A stretch of 64,000 bases of DNA from NCBI GenBank assembly GCA_965218435.1, contig CBDCKW010000005.1, positions 320,001 to 384,000 of the forward strand, written 5' to 3'. Both the position numbers and the translations under genes were made by a program. The DNA is from Truepera sp. (GTDB taxonomy: Bacteria > Deinococcota > Deinococci > Deinococcales > Trueperaceae). Position 1 is the stretch's first letter. Every line of letters begins with the position of its first letter. The notes below the pieces were generated by a model, which was given only the letters and a program-made list of their open reading frames with translations, ran no database searches and was not told the DNA's origin. Of this stretch, positions 38,371-47,083 are shown piece by piece.

Positions 38371-39079
38371 ATACAGACCAACCGCAATAGGTTGCTCACT
38401 TAAGGTTGACCTGCTTGGCGACTTTTTCGTACTTCCGCTGACGTGGCGACCTCGAACCGTCGTCTCCTTACAGGCTTAGGAAGCTCTTTGTGCGCTGACG
38501 CTATCCGAACATGTTCGGGTCTACACTGGCTTTAGCTCATGCCCCTTGAGCGGCGTATAGGCGAGCGGTCCTATGCGCTTTTGCTGGCCTCAAGCTGCAG
38601 GTTTTGTTTGCCCTATACCGCCTTCCTAACATACAATTCTTGAGGACGTTTCCCCTAAGTGTTAGCTTTGTATACTCTAAAAGCCGTGCGTGGATTACCG
38701 TCAGTGGTAGACGCACGGCCTTGCTATCCTGATGTTGATGCCACGCTTTATTGGTAGCTTTCCTTACCTCTGCCGCTGACCATACTGCAAACAAAGCCAC
38801 CGACCTACACGAGAGCAGGAGCGGCAACAACGAAACTTTAGAGGCGTGCAACGGGCGCAACGCTTCCTCTTCACTCACGCCGAGGTCGGAAACCTCTTCC
38901 GTCCCACCCGTACAGGCATCTCTGCTCGGCTACGACGGCGCACCTTGATCCGTGGCTTCAACTTGTGGAACGAGCTGTCGCTTTCAGTTCCCTAATAATC
39001 AAACGAGACCGCTGAAATTACCAAGCCGTCGTAGCTTGCCTTGCTCCATCCAAAACAACTTGATCCTGGTATGTCGTTG

Positions 39080-40018
39080 TCAAGTAGAAGTGAGACTCAA
39101 AACAGGATATTTGGTCCGACTCAGATGTCTAAAAAGCTCACGAGCGATATAGGTTTTCAGGATCCGTAGTGAAGCCCGCTGTGTCTTTCCACGAGCTTTA
39201 AGTTTTGCTAACAGTGCCCTGGTCCTTTTATCACAACGGCTTCTCGTCAGCGCAACGATGTGCAGCGCCCAATTCAAGCGACGGTGGCAACCGTAGTTGA
39301 GTTGCATCCGGCTATTTCTACCGCTGCCTCGTTCTACTGGAGCAGCGCCGCAGTAGCTGGCGAACTGGCCTTCGTTGGCGAACCGCCCAATATTGCCTAC
39401 TTCACCTAGGATGACGCTGGCCACCACGGATCCGACGCCTAAAAGCTCCAGCAGTGTAGGAGCAAAGGTCTTCACCATCATCTTCATCTGTGTGGACAAC
39501 TCGGCTAATTGACTCTCTAAAACTTGAATCACCTGCACTAAGGCAGAGCGAGCAGAGGAACCGCCGGCAAGGGCTTGCAACGCCATCTTGTTGGCTTTAA
39601 GTTGCTCGGATAGGCGGCGTTGTGTCCGGGTAAGGTCTTGAAACTCCCGCTGGGATTGGCTAGGTCGAAACACGGGCAGTTCAGGATTTGCTAGAAGCGC
39701 CCTGGCGGCATTTGAAGCGTCCACAACATCATTCTTCTTCCGGCTTAAACGAGCCCGGTATTGACTCGTGAGGTTCGGAGGAATGTGGTGGACGACCTCA
39801 CCGTGCTCGAGTAACGCGCTTACAAACGGCAAGATGAAACGGTTACCTGCGCCTTCGATAGCCCAACGACGCTTCACGAAAGGAAGCGCGAACTGGTGAA
39901 GTCGTGCCAAACCCGCGGCGTCATTCGAGACTGTCAAAGCTGTGAGCGTTACGCCGTTCTTGTCTAGGGCAGCTACGGTATGGCTGTCTGGATGCGGATC
40001 AAGACCTATCGTGATCAT
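39080..40018 (-). CDS. IS110 DEDD recombinase/transposase
   Basis: IGLDPH, IEG, KNDVVDA, PVERGSG, RRLNWALH. Confidence 0.92.
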   Translation of the reverse strand: MITIGLDPHPDSHTVAALDKNGVTLTALTVSNDAAGLARLHQFALPFVKRRWAIEGAGNRFILPFVSALLEHGEVVHHIPPNLTSQYRARLSRKKNDVVDASNAARALLANPELPVFRPSQSQREFQDLTRTQRRLSEQLKANKMALQALAGGSSARSALVQVIQVLESQLAELSTQMKMMVKTFAPTLLELLGVGSVVASVILGEVGNIGRFANEGQFASYCGAAPVERGSGRNSRMQLNYGCHRRLNWALHIVALTRSRCDKRTRALLAKLKARGKTQRASLRILKTYIARELFRHLSRTKYPVLSLTST

Positions 40019-40024
40019 GCGCTA

Positions 40025-40185
40025 CCTCCTATGATGAGGCAGGCACAGCGTACGCATGTCTGAACGGATCATGCCAACGTATCGGCACCCTGGTATCCGG
40101 CGATGCGCCGTGCCCCACTCATAGCGGGGTGTGCAAATCAAGTTGTGGCCATAAACGGCTGACGGAACCTGGGCAACACCCCATG
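40025..40185 (-). ncRNA. Putative IS110 bridge RNA (left non-coding end)
   Basis: Position upstream of the transposase; block-wise conservation with the second copy at 40445-40620. Confidence 0.55.
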
Positions 40186-40200
40186 CTTGTTATACAGACG

Positions 40201-40372
40201 GAGCCCCCTGCCGCTTGCGCTCGCCACACTTCGGGGCCTGTACCCGGGGCAGGCCGAGTGGAACCTCATCATGGCTGGCGCAGTTATCACCGTTCTTCCA
40301 ACGATCCTTGTGTTCTTGTTTGCCCAACGTTGGGTGGTCGAAGGTGTGGCTGCTTCGGGGCTGAAGGGGTAG
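40201..40372 (+). pseudogene. Sugar ABC permease C-terminal fragment
   Basis: WNLIMAGAVITVLPTILVFLFAQRWVVEGVAASGLKG*. Confidence 0.85.
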
Positions 40373-40389
40373 ACGTACCGTTCTCGCCC

Positions 40390-40631
40390 TATGCAGCTAC
40401 GGTGTGACTGTTTGGGTGGGGATCAAGACCAATGGCAATCATGCTGCCTTACATCTCATATGAGAAGGCGGACACGGCATGCGCACGTCTGAAGGGATCA
40501 AGCCTTATGGCACCCTGTTATCTGGCGATGCGCCGTACCCCACTTATGGGTGAGGGTATGCAGATCAAGTTATGGCCACACTGTCGGGGCTGACGCAACC
40601 CGGGCAAAACCCTCAGCTTGTTACACAGACG
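40390..40631 (-). mobile_element. Truncated second IS110 (left end plus first 17 codons)
   Basis: MIAIGLDPHPNSHTVAA* and a non-coding end homologous to 40019-40200. Confidence 0.85.
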
Positions 40632-40702
40632 CAACCCATAAAGGTGCTGGGCATGCTCCACGTTAGGAGAGCGAACGGCGTACGGTCGCCGCGAGCCTCG
40701 AG

Positions 40703-41611
40703 TTACCGACCGGCGGGCACCACGATGCGAGCGCGGGCGCGGCGGCGTTTTCCCTCAGGGATAAGCAGCACGAAGTTGGAGAACCGGCTCTTGAAGACGT
40801 GCACCACGCATGGGACGGGGCCGTGGAGTCCCAGCAACGTCAGATCGGTGTCGACGTCTTCGAACGCGCCGCCTCTCGGACCGGCCAGGGGTTGGAGGAA
40901 GTCGACGCTCGCAGGCAGACCTTCGGGGCGCAGCCAGGCAGGGAAGGTGCGCGTGAACGCCGCCGACTCGTGCAGGCGCGTCACAGGGTAGTACGCGCCA
41001 ACGCTAGTGACGAGAGGGGTCGTGCCGAGAACCAGCATCGCGCAAGATTCGGGATGACGCTCGACGTAGCGGCGGAGGGTGGCGTGGACCGAGCCGCCGT
41101 ACACCCGGGACAGCTGAAGCGGCGTGCGCAACTCCAGCGAGAGATCCCGGATGTCACGGTCGAACCGTCCGCCTTGAAACATAACCTCGGACGCGAACCG
41201 GTTCGCCTCGGCCTCGAACAGGTCTTTCACGTCGTCGGAGAGCGTCGATTCATTGTCGAGGTGCAGCATGATGTCGCGTTGCCAGGGGAGAACCTTATGG
41301 CCGATCTCGTGCAGCGTGACGAAGTTCTGCTTGGCAGCGTTGACAGTGGTGTCGAGGTAGATGACGCGCTCGCGCAGGTCGACCATGCCCATGGCCTTGC
41401 GCAAAGCGGACGCGAGCAGCTTGTAGTTGCGCGTGAAGAACCCCTCGTGCGGCTCGGTCAGGTTGATGTCCTGGGAGACGACGAGTTCCGCGCAGGCGAG
41501 CAAGTCATCAATGGGGGTGGGAAGGCGGTCGCCGACGCCAGCGCGCTCCAGAAGCAGGCGGGCGTAGCGCGCGACCTCGTCCTGCTCAGCCAAGCTTTGC
41601 CTTACGGGCAC
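40703..41611 (-). CDS. ImmA/IrrE-family metallopeptidase (CapP-like)
   Basis: HEIGH zinc motif, EAEANRFASE, HTH and GAF-like C-terminus. Confidence 0.88.
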   Translation of the reverse strand: MPVRQSLAEQDEVARYARLLLERAGVGDRLPTPIDDLLACAELVVSQDINLTEPHEGFFTRNYKLLASALRKAMGMVDLRERVIYLDTTVNAAKQNFVTLHEIGHKVLPWQRDIMLHLDNESTLSDDVKDLFEAEANRFASEVMFQGGRFDRDIRDLSLELRTPLQLSRVYGGSVHATLRRYVERHPESCAMLVLGTTPLVTSVGAYYPVTRLHESAAFTRTFPAWLRPEGLPASVDFLQPLAGPRGGAFEDVDTDLTLLGLHGPVPCVVHVFKSRFSNFVLLIPEGKRRRARARIVVPAGR

Positions 41612-41969
41612 GCAGGAACGTCAAGTACTCGGCGAGCGCCTCTTCTTCTTCAAAAGTCAGGTTCTGCAGGGTGGACATCGCGGCACCGGCCAGTGAACGG
41701 TGTTGGTCGGCCTGCCTCTTCACGAGGTACCCGGCGGCCTGCATGAGCTGGTCGTAGTTTACTTGGTACAACTCGGCGAGCTTGTACAGCTTGTCGGGCG
41801 ACGGCTTCTCGATCCGTCCGGTCTCGACCTGGCTGAGATAGGCGTTGCTGATGCCCGTCGCTCGCTCGACGTCCTTGAGCGTAAACGCGTGCAGTTGCCG
41901 TAAGCGGCGTAGTTCGGCCCCGAGGACGTTCTCGGCGGCCGGGGTAACGGCTTCGGTCGTGGCCATCAT
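41586..41969 (-). CDS. XRE-family HTH repressor (CapH-like)
   Basis: LRRLR...TLKDVERATGISNAYLSQVETG...P; C-terminal EYLTFLR; overlaps the peptidase start. Confidence 0.9.
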   Translation of the reverse strand: MMATTEAVTPAAENVLGAELRRLRQLHAFTLKDVERATGISNAYLSQVETGRIEKPSPDKLYKLAELYQVNYDQLMQAAGYLVKRQADQHRSLAGAAMSTLQNLTFEEEEALAEYLTFLRARKAKLG

Positions 41970-42155
41970 CTTCCTCCTCGTTGCTGACGCTGACGCGCGG
42001 CACCCTTCTGACCGCGTCGAGCGGCACGGAAGGGGTAGGCACCGTGGACAGAACTGCCGGAAGCGACGGCGTCGTGCATATACGATACACCAAGCGCGGG
42101 CGGGAATTATGTCCCCTTTGCCCTGCTAGTCCTCATCCAGTTCTAAGCAGGGCTA

Positions 42156-42190
42156 TTGCATCTAAGTAGACTTAGATTTATACTTGAGTC
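42156..42190 (+). promoter_or_regulatory. Sigma70-type promoter with a palindromic operator; leaderless
   Basis: TTGCAT (42156-42161), 17 bp, TATACT (42179-42184), ATG at 42191; operator ATCTAAGT-AG-ACTTAGAT (42160-42177). Confidence 0.8.
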
Positions 42191-42475
42191 ATGAGCATCC
42201 ACCGCGAGCAGGACCAGAAGCCCCGCGACCCCAAGCCCCGACCCCACGACGTAACTATCAACGTCAACGAGATGCCTGTGACGCTCCCCGGTCCCAAAGC
42301 CACGGGCGCGAACCTCAAGTGCGCGGCGATTGCGCAAGGCGTGCAGATGGACATGGATTTCATCCTCCAAGAGGAACTGGAGAACGGCCGCACTCAGCAG
42401 ATCGGCGATGACGACGTCATCACGATCAACAAAAACTCGCAATTCCTCGCCGTCGCGCCGGACGACAACTCGTAA
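42191..42475 (+). CDS. Multi-ubiquitin-family ubiquitin-like protein (single beta-grasp)
   Basis: VTINVN...TGANLK...IGDDDVITI...F pattern; precedes E2 and JAB-E1 genes. Confidence 0.8.
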   Translation: MSIHREQDQKPRDPKPRPHDVTINVNEMPVTLPGPKATGANLKCAAIAQGVQMDMDFILQEELENGRTQQIGDDDVITINKNSQFLAVAPDDNS

Positions 42476-42477
42476 CC

Positions 42478-42891
42478 ATGCCCCTCACCGCCCCCGTTGA
42501 CAAAGCCATTGCCGAATTGCGCCAAGCCTTCCCGGACGCCCAGTTGGGCGTCCGGGAGGACGGAAGCGGGGGAGCGTACGTCCTCCTTGACCCGGTCGAC
42601 CCGGGCTCCGCGTACGCGCAGCGGGAGACCTGGGTCGGCTTCCACATCGCCTTCAACTACCCGTACGCGGACGTCTACCCGCACTTCGTTCGCCCCGACC
42701 TCACGCGCATCGACGGCCGGCCCATAGTGAACCCGGGGATGGGCATCCAGGCAGTCAACTGGCCCGCTTGGGACAACCGCGCGGCGCTTCAGCTGTCGCG
42801 CAGGTCTAACCGCCTCAACCCCCGCACCGACACGGCGACCACCAAGCTCTTGAAGGTGCTCGACTGGCTCGCGAAGCACGGAGGAGGCTGA
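42478..42891 (+). CDS. Prokaryotic E2-like protein, Cys-free
   Basis: F-I-F-YP-AD-YP-F and QLSRR motifs; operon context. Confidence 0.7.
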   Translation: MPLTAPVDKAIAELRQAFPDAQLGVREDGSGGAYVLLDPVDPGSAYAQRETWVGFHIAFNYPYADVYPHFVRPDLTRIDGRPIVNPGMGIQAVNWPAWDNRAALQLSRRSNRLNPRTDTATTKLLKVLDWLAKHGGG

Positions 42892-42893
42892 CC

Positions 42894-44339
42894 ATACGCA
42901 GCCCCGTCACCCTTACCCTGACCGAGGCGCAGCACACTGCTCTCCTCGCCCACCTGTTCCCTGGCGACGACGACGAGCACGGTGCTGTCATCGCCGCGAG
43001 CGTCGTCATCACCGAGCGGGGCACGCGCCTGATCGGTCGCGACGTGTTCCTCGCCGAGGACGGCACCGACTACGTGCCCGGCCAGCGCGGCTACCGCATG
43101 CTCACCTCGAGCTTCGTCAGCGAGAAGATCCGGTACTGCCGCGACCAGAAGCTCGCTTACTTCGCCGTACACAACCACGGCGGGGACCGCAGCGTCCACT
43201 TCAGCAGCGATGACTTCGCTTCACACGAACGCGGCTACCCCGCCCTCTCGAAGATTTCCCGCGGTCAGATCGTGGGCGGCCTCGTCTTCGCCAAGCGCGC
43301 CGTCGCCGGCGACTTGTGGCTGCCTAACGGCAGCCGGGTGGAGCTGGAGAGCGCACGCCTGCTCGGCCCGTCAGTGCGGACGATCTACCCGGAGCCGCCC
43401 GTCGCCGCCCGTGACGCCCGCTTCGACCGCCAGGCGCGCCTGTTCGGCGACGAGGGCCAGCGGCAGCTAAGCGCCATGAAGGTCGGCGTGATCGGCGCGG
43501 GCGGTGCGGGCTCACTCCTCGTGGAGTACCTCGCGCGCCTCGGCGTCGGGCACCTCGTCGTCGCCGACTTCGACCGGGTAGACCTCACCAATGTCCCGCG
43601 CATCACTGGTGCCACCTACGGCGACGCGCGCGCCGTCCTCACCAACGAGCGGCGTCCCCACTGGATGCGCCAACTCGGCAAGCGGTTTGCTACCCGCAAA
43701 ATCGATGTGATGCGCCGTATCGCGCGCCGCGCGAACCCGCTCGTGACCTTCGAAGGGATTTTCGGCGACGTCTGCGACGACCCCGTCGCGCGGCGCTTCA
43801 CCGACTGCGACTACCTCTTCCTCGCGGCGGACTCGTTCGGCGCGAGGCTGGTGTTCAACGCGATTGTCCATCAGTACCTGATCCCGGGCGTGCAGGTCGG
43901 CGCGAAGGTCCCGGTGGACAAGACCAGCGGCGACGTGGGCGAGGTGGTGGTCGTCGTTCGCCCGGTCCGCCCCGGCGAGAACTGTCTTTGGTGCACCGGG
44001 CTGATCCCCGCCGCGAAACTGACGGAGGAGGCCACCGCCCCCGAGCAGCGCGCGTCCCAGCGGTACGTGGACGACCCGACCGTGCACGCCCCTAGCGTCA
44101 TCACCCTAAACGCCGTCGCCGCGAGCGCCGCCGCCGACGGCTTCCTGTTCACCATGCTAGGCCTGACGCGAGACAAGGCGACACGGGAGTACATGAGCTA
44201 CCGGTCCCGCAGGCGTACTTGGAAAATCGACGCACCCCGACGGGATGACGACTGCCCCTGGTGCAGCCCGCGCGGCACCCTCGGGCGTGGGGACGCCGAG
44301 AGTCTGCCAACCCGTCCTTTACGGAAGCGCGAGAAGTGA
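42894..44339 (+). CDS. JAB/MPN peptidase - ThiF/E1 fusion
   Basis: DEHG...HNHGGDRSVHFSSDD JAB motif; GAGGAGS, DFDRVDLTNVPR, CLWC and CPWC; the frame extends 50 codons upstream of GTG 43044 to ATA 42894 behind GGAGGAGG. Confidence 0.88.
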   Translation: MRSPVTLTLTEAQHTALLAHLFPGDDDEHGAVIAASVVITERGTRLIGRDVFLAEDGTDYVPGQRGYRMLTSSFVSEKIRYCRDQKLAYFAVHNHGGDRSVHFSSDDFASHERGYPALSKISRGQIVGGLVFAKRAVAGDLWLPNGSRVELESARLLGPSVRTIYPEPPVAARDARFDRQARLFGDEGQRQLSAMKVGVIGAGGAGSLLVEYLARLGVGHLVVADFDRVDLTNVPRITGATYGDARAVLTNERRPHWMRQLGKRFATRKIDVMRRIARRANPLVTFEGIFGDVCDDPVARRFTDCDYLFLAADSFGARLVFNAIVHQYLIPGVQVGAKVPVDKTSGDVGEVVVVVRPVRPGENCLWCTGLIPAAKLTEEATAPEQRASQRYVDDPTVHAPSVITLNAVAASAAADGFLFTMLGLTRDKATREYMSYRSRRRTWKIDAPRRDDDCPWCSPRGTLGRGDAESLPTRPLRKREK

Positions 44340-44414
44340 CGAGGACGCGACTGCAACGTAATGCAGGAACCCGAACAAGGGGGTCAGAAGCGGATGTCTG
44401 AGCCGAAGCAACTT

Positions 44415-44650
44415 AACCACTACCGACTCGAAGTCGGTAGGTTGAGGAGCTAGGCTGGAAGCCGGAAGCTACTCTAAAGAGATATTCTCCTCACCGTTTT
44501 GCTTATGAGCGTCGTAGTGGGTGTTGATGTATTCGTCTATCATCTCATCAGTGACGTTCCCGCTCGTGGCGCTGAAGTAACCCCGTGCCCAGAAGTGCTG
44601 CCCCCAGTACCGCTTCCTTAGCTCCGGAAACTCCTGCTGTACTTTCCGCG
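44415..44650 (-). pseudogene. tnpA: IS200/IS605 TnpA C-terminal fragment with right-end hairpin
   Basis: SRKVQQEFPELRKRYWGQHFWARGYF...YI; hairpin CTACCGACT-CGA-AGTCGGTAG at 44420-44440. Confidence 0.85.
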
Positions 44651-45125
44651 ACCTCGGGCCGTTCACGTTTAGGACAGTACTTCGGTGTGCTCACAGCATA
44701 CAGTCCTTCGCGTCGCATTAACCGTTTGACCCTGCCTAAAGAGCAGGTTACTTGCTGTTTCTTAAGCTCGGCGTGAACCCAAGGGCTCCCATAACGCTCC
44801 TTATGCTTGGCGAATACCGCTTGGACTTGCACCAGCAGCGTGGCATTTGCCTTTTCGCGTCCACTGGGGGGCCGTAGCTGACGTTTGCGCTGATGGTAGT
44901 AACTGCTCTTCGGCACCCCCAGCACGTCACACAAGACGCTGACCGGAAACTCGCGCTGGTGTGCCTCGATAAACGTACTTTTCAGGTCGAGTGTCTCGCA
45001 AAATAAATGGCGGCCTTTTTTACAATCGCCAACTCCATTTCGAGCCGCTTCACCTTATCCTGCGACCGCCTCAGCTCGGCTTCCTCAGCCGTTGGTTGCG
45101 CCCGCTTGTGTCCTGGTGTGCTGAA
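44651..45125 (-). pseudogene. IS3-family internal fragment (orfA end, orfB start)
   Basis: [29 protein letters not shown]...YGSPWVHAEL...RVKRLMRREGL. Confidence 0.82.
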
Positions 45126-45441
45126 GGTCATCTTTCCCGAGGCGCTCGACGTCATAGGCGTCGCCATGGGTAACTCGAGTGACAACGCCTCCGAAGACCT
45201 CCAGTACTTCGACGCGCGCATGTGGACTGATGAGGATCAGCGCGACGCCGAGGCGCTGCAGCGCGAAACGGGCTTCTTGACCGACCTGAGGCGTAGCGAG
45301 ACCGTTGTCAAGACCTACCCGGACGTCTTACCTCGAAGTAGGTTGGTCGCAACAACCTTTGGTAAGGGCGGCCAGCGCAACAAACCTTGCCCGTGCGGTA
45401 GCGGTCGCAAGTACAAACATTGTCATGGGTACTTGACGTGA
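45120..45441 (+). pseudogene. SEC-C motif protein, 3' fragment
   Basis: Ends [18 protein letters not shown]; 5' part replaced by the IS3 fragment. Confidence 0.75.
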
Positions 45442-45535
45442 GACAAGCAGAGTTTCTGAACACAGATAAGAAATGAGTTTTGCAAAACCTCAAGAGCAGC
45501 TTTCGGCGATTACAAGCTGTCTACCTCAGGTAAAG

Positions 45536-46424
45536 TAGACCTATTGCGAAAGTCATGTTTCAAGACCAAGCTCGAAATTGTAGAAGCCGGAGATGAGGTT
45601 AAAGCGTAAGCCGAAGCGTTTGCGGCGGCCTCTATAACGCTTGGAAAGGATTTTGAAGACCTTGAGTTTGCAGTTGACGTGTTCAATGCTTAGGCGCAGT
45701 TTAGCTAGTGCCTTGTTGTAGCGCTTCTCGTCGGGTTCGAGTTCCCCGCCTTTACGCTTTTTACAGGGTAGTTCGCTGTTCTGATGAAGCGTTTGTAACC
45801 CTTGATAGCCCGAATCAGCCAGCCAGAAGCACGTGGGGTGCAAATGCACTCGGCTCGCCTGAAAGAGCTTGAAGTCATGCGTCTTACCCTTGCTGAAGCT
45901 TGTGCAGATGATTTTACGACTCTGCCAGTCAACGACGACTTGTGCTTTTAACGTATGGCGCTTCTTCTTCCCACTGTAGAACTGCCGCTGTTTTTTTTCG
46001 GCCTCTCGATCGGTGTTTCAGTTGCGTCTACAACCACAAAGCTTAGTTCTGCACCACCCTCCTGCACTCGCCGCTTACCTGAAAGGCTGAAAACCTCGGC
46101 CTTGCTTAAGGTGTCCTCTACTCGACGGATAATGCGGAAAGTGCTAGAAGTGTTGAGCCTATAGGTATGAGCGATATGGAAGTAGGTGCGGTGCTCGCGC
46201 AAATACATGAGGGTCATTAACACCTGATCTTCCAAGCTTAACTTACTCGGCCTACCTGATTTACGCTTCTTGAGCCCCGTCTCTCGCAAAATCTCAACCA
46301 TCACCGCAAACGTCTCGGCCTTCACGCCTGTCAGCCGCTTGAACTCCTCAGCTGCCAACTCTTTTGTCTGTTCATAGAACATTCTTTACTTCAGCACTTA
46401 AACCCTACTTTCGCAATAGGTCTA
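45536..46424 (-). mobile_element. IS5-family (ISL2/IS702-like) element; orfA 45948-46382 and orfB ending 45553 joined at an A8 slippery site
   Basis: 18-bp inverted match TAGACCTATTGCGAAAGT; EFKRLTGV, VDATETPIERPKK, ADSGYQG, IEHVN. Confidence 0.92.
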
Positions 46425-46501
46425 CTGAAATTAGTAATTTTCAAAAAATATGTTAAGAGGTTATCGAGGTGCCAAACGCTAAGGCCTTGTAAAATAGTTA
46501 A

Positions 46502-47083
46502 ATGTCAATAGACAAAGCAACAGTCGAAGTCAGGCTTATCAAGGAAACATTTGACGATTGGTTAGACAAATCTCATATAGACAGCGAGTTAAGAGAACAG
46601 CTAACAAAAGCAAACCTTTGGATTGCTCCTGAGGAGCCGCGTAACGGTGTTGAACGGCCCTTTTTCTATGAAGGTACTCTCGACACATTCAATTTTCTAA
46701 AGGACAACTCCTCCGAAGAAGTCAAAGTGGACCTTGCTGTTAAAGATGACGAGTACGTTGAGCTCGCGCTTCACTTCGACTACGCCATGCTGGGAACCTT
46801 TGTCGTTGAAAACGTTATCTTACCTATTGCCGTTAATCTAATCTACGACGCAATAAAAGATCGCCTTGGGCCGAAAACCGCAAGCACAGTCGTTAAAGTC
46901 AAGCTACGCGTTCTTCTACATGAGGAAGTAGACCTTAGCGATAGGCTGTCTGTGCAGCTAGAGTACGAAGGCACCGCAGAAAACCTAAAAGAGGTACTTC
47001 TACAGTCTTACGAGGCATCGGCGGAGCTTAAGGCCGAAGGTGAGACGACCCGCAAACACCTTGAGTTCCCCTCGAAGTGGTAG
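46502..47083 (+). CDS. Hypothetical protein with one central hydrophobic segment
   Basis: 193-aa ORF; TAAAAT 6 nt before ATG; overlaps the next gene. Confidence 0.75.
   Translation: MSIDKATVEVRLIKETFDDWLDKSHIDSELREQLTKANLWIAPEEPRNGVERPFFYEGTLDTFNFLKDNSSEEVKVDLAVKDDEYVELALHFDYAMLGTFVVENVILPIAVNLIYDAIKDRLGPKTASTVVKVKLRVLLHEEVDLSDRLSVQLEYEGTAENLKEVLLQSYEASAELKAEGETTRKHLEFPSKW

Larger units (their letters stand above)
39070..40200 (-). mobile_element. IS110-family element
   Basis: Transposase 39080-40018; no terminal IRs; TTGACA at the right end (39078-39083) and TATAAC at the left end (40189-40194), both on the minus strand. Confidence 0.88.

Noticed and set aside
40799..41746. 315-aa + strand ORF and similar long overlapping ORFs (2899-3774, 43512-44087, 54544-55197)
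   Set aside because: Shadow frames of well-supported genes in GC-rich DNA
42877..42891. E2 ends in HGGG, suggesting it could be the conjugated Gly-tailed protein
   Set aside because: The Gly codons GGA GGA GGC are the Shine-Dalgarno of the next gene, which is a sufficient explanation; reconsider only if homologues conserve the tail
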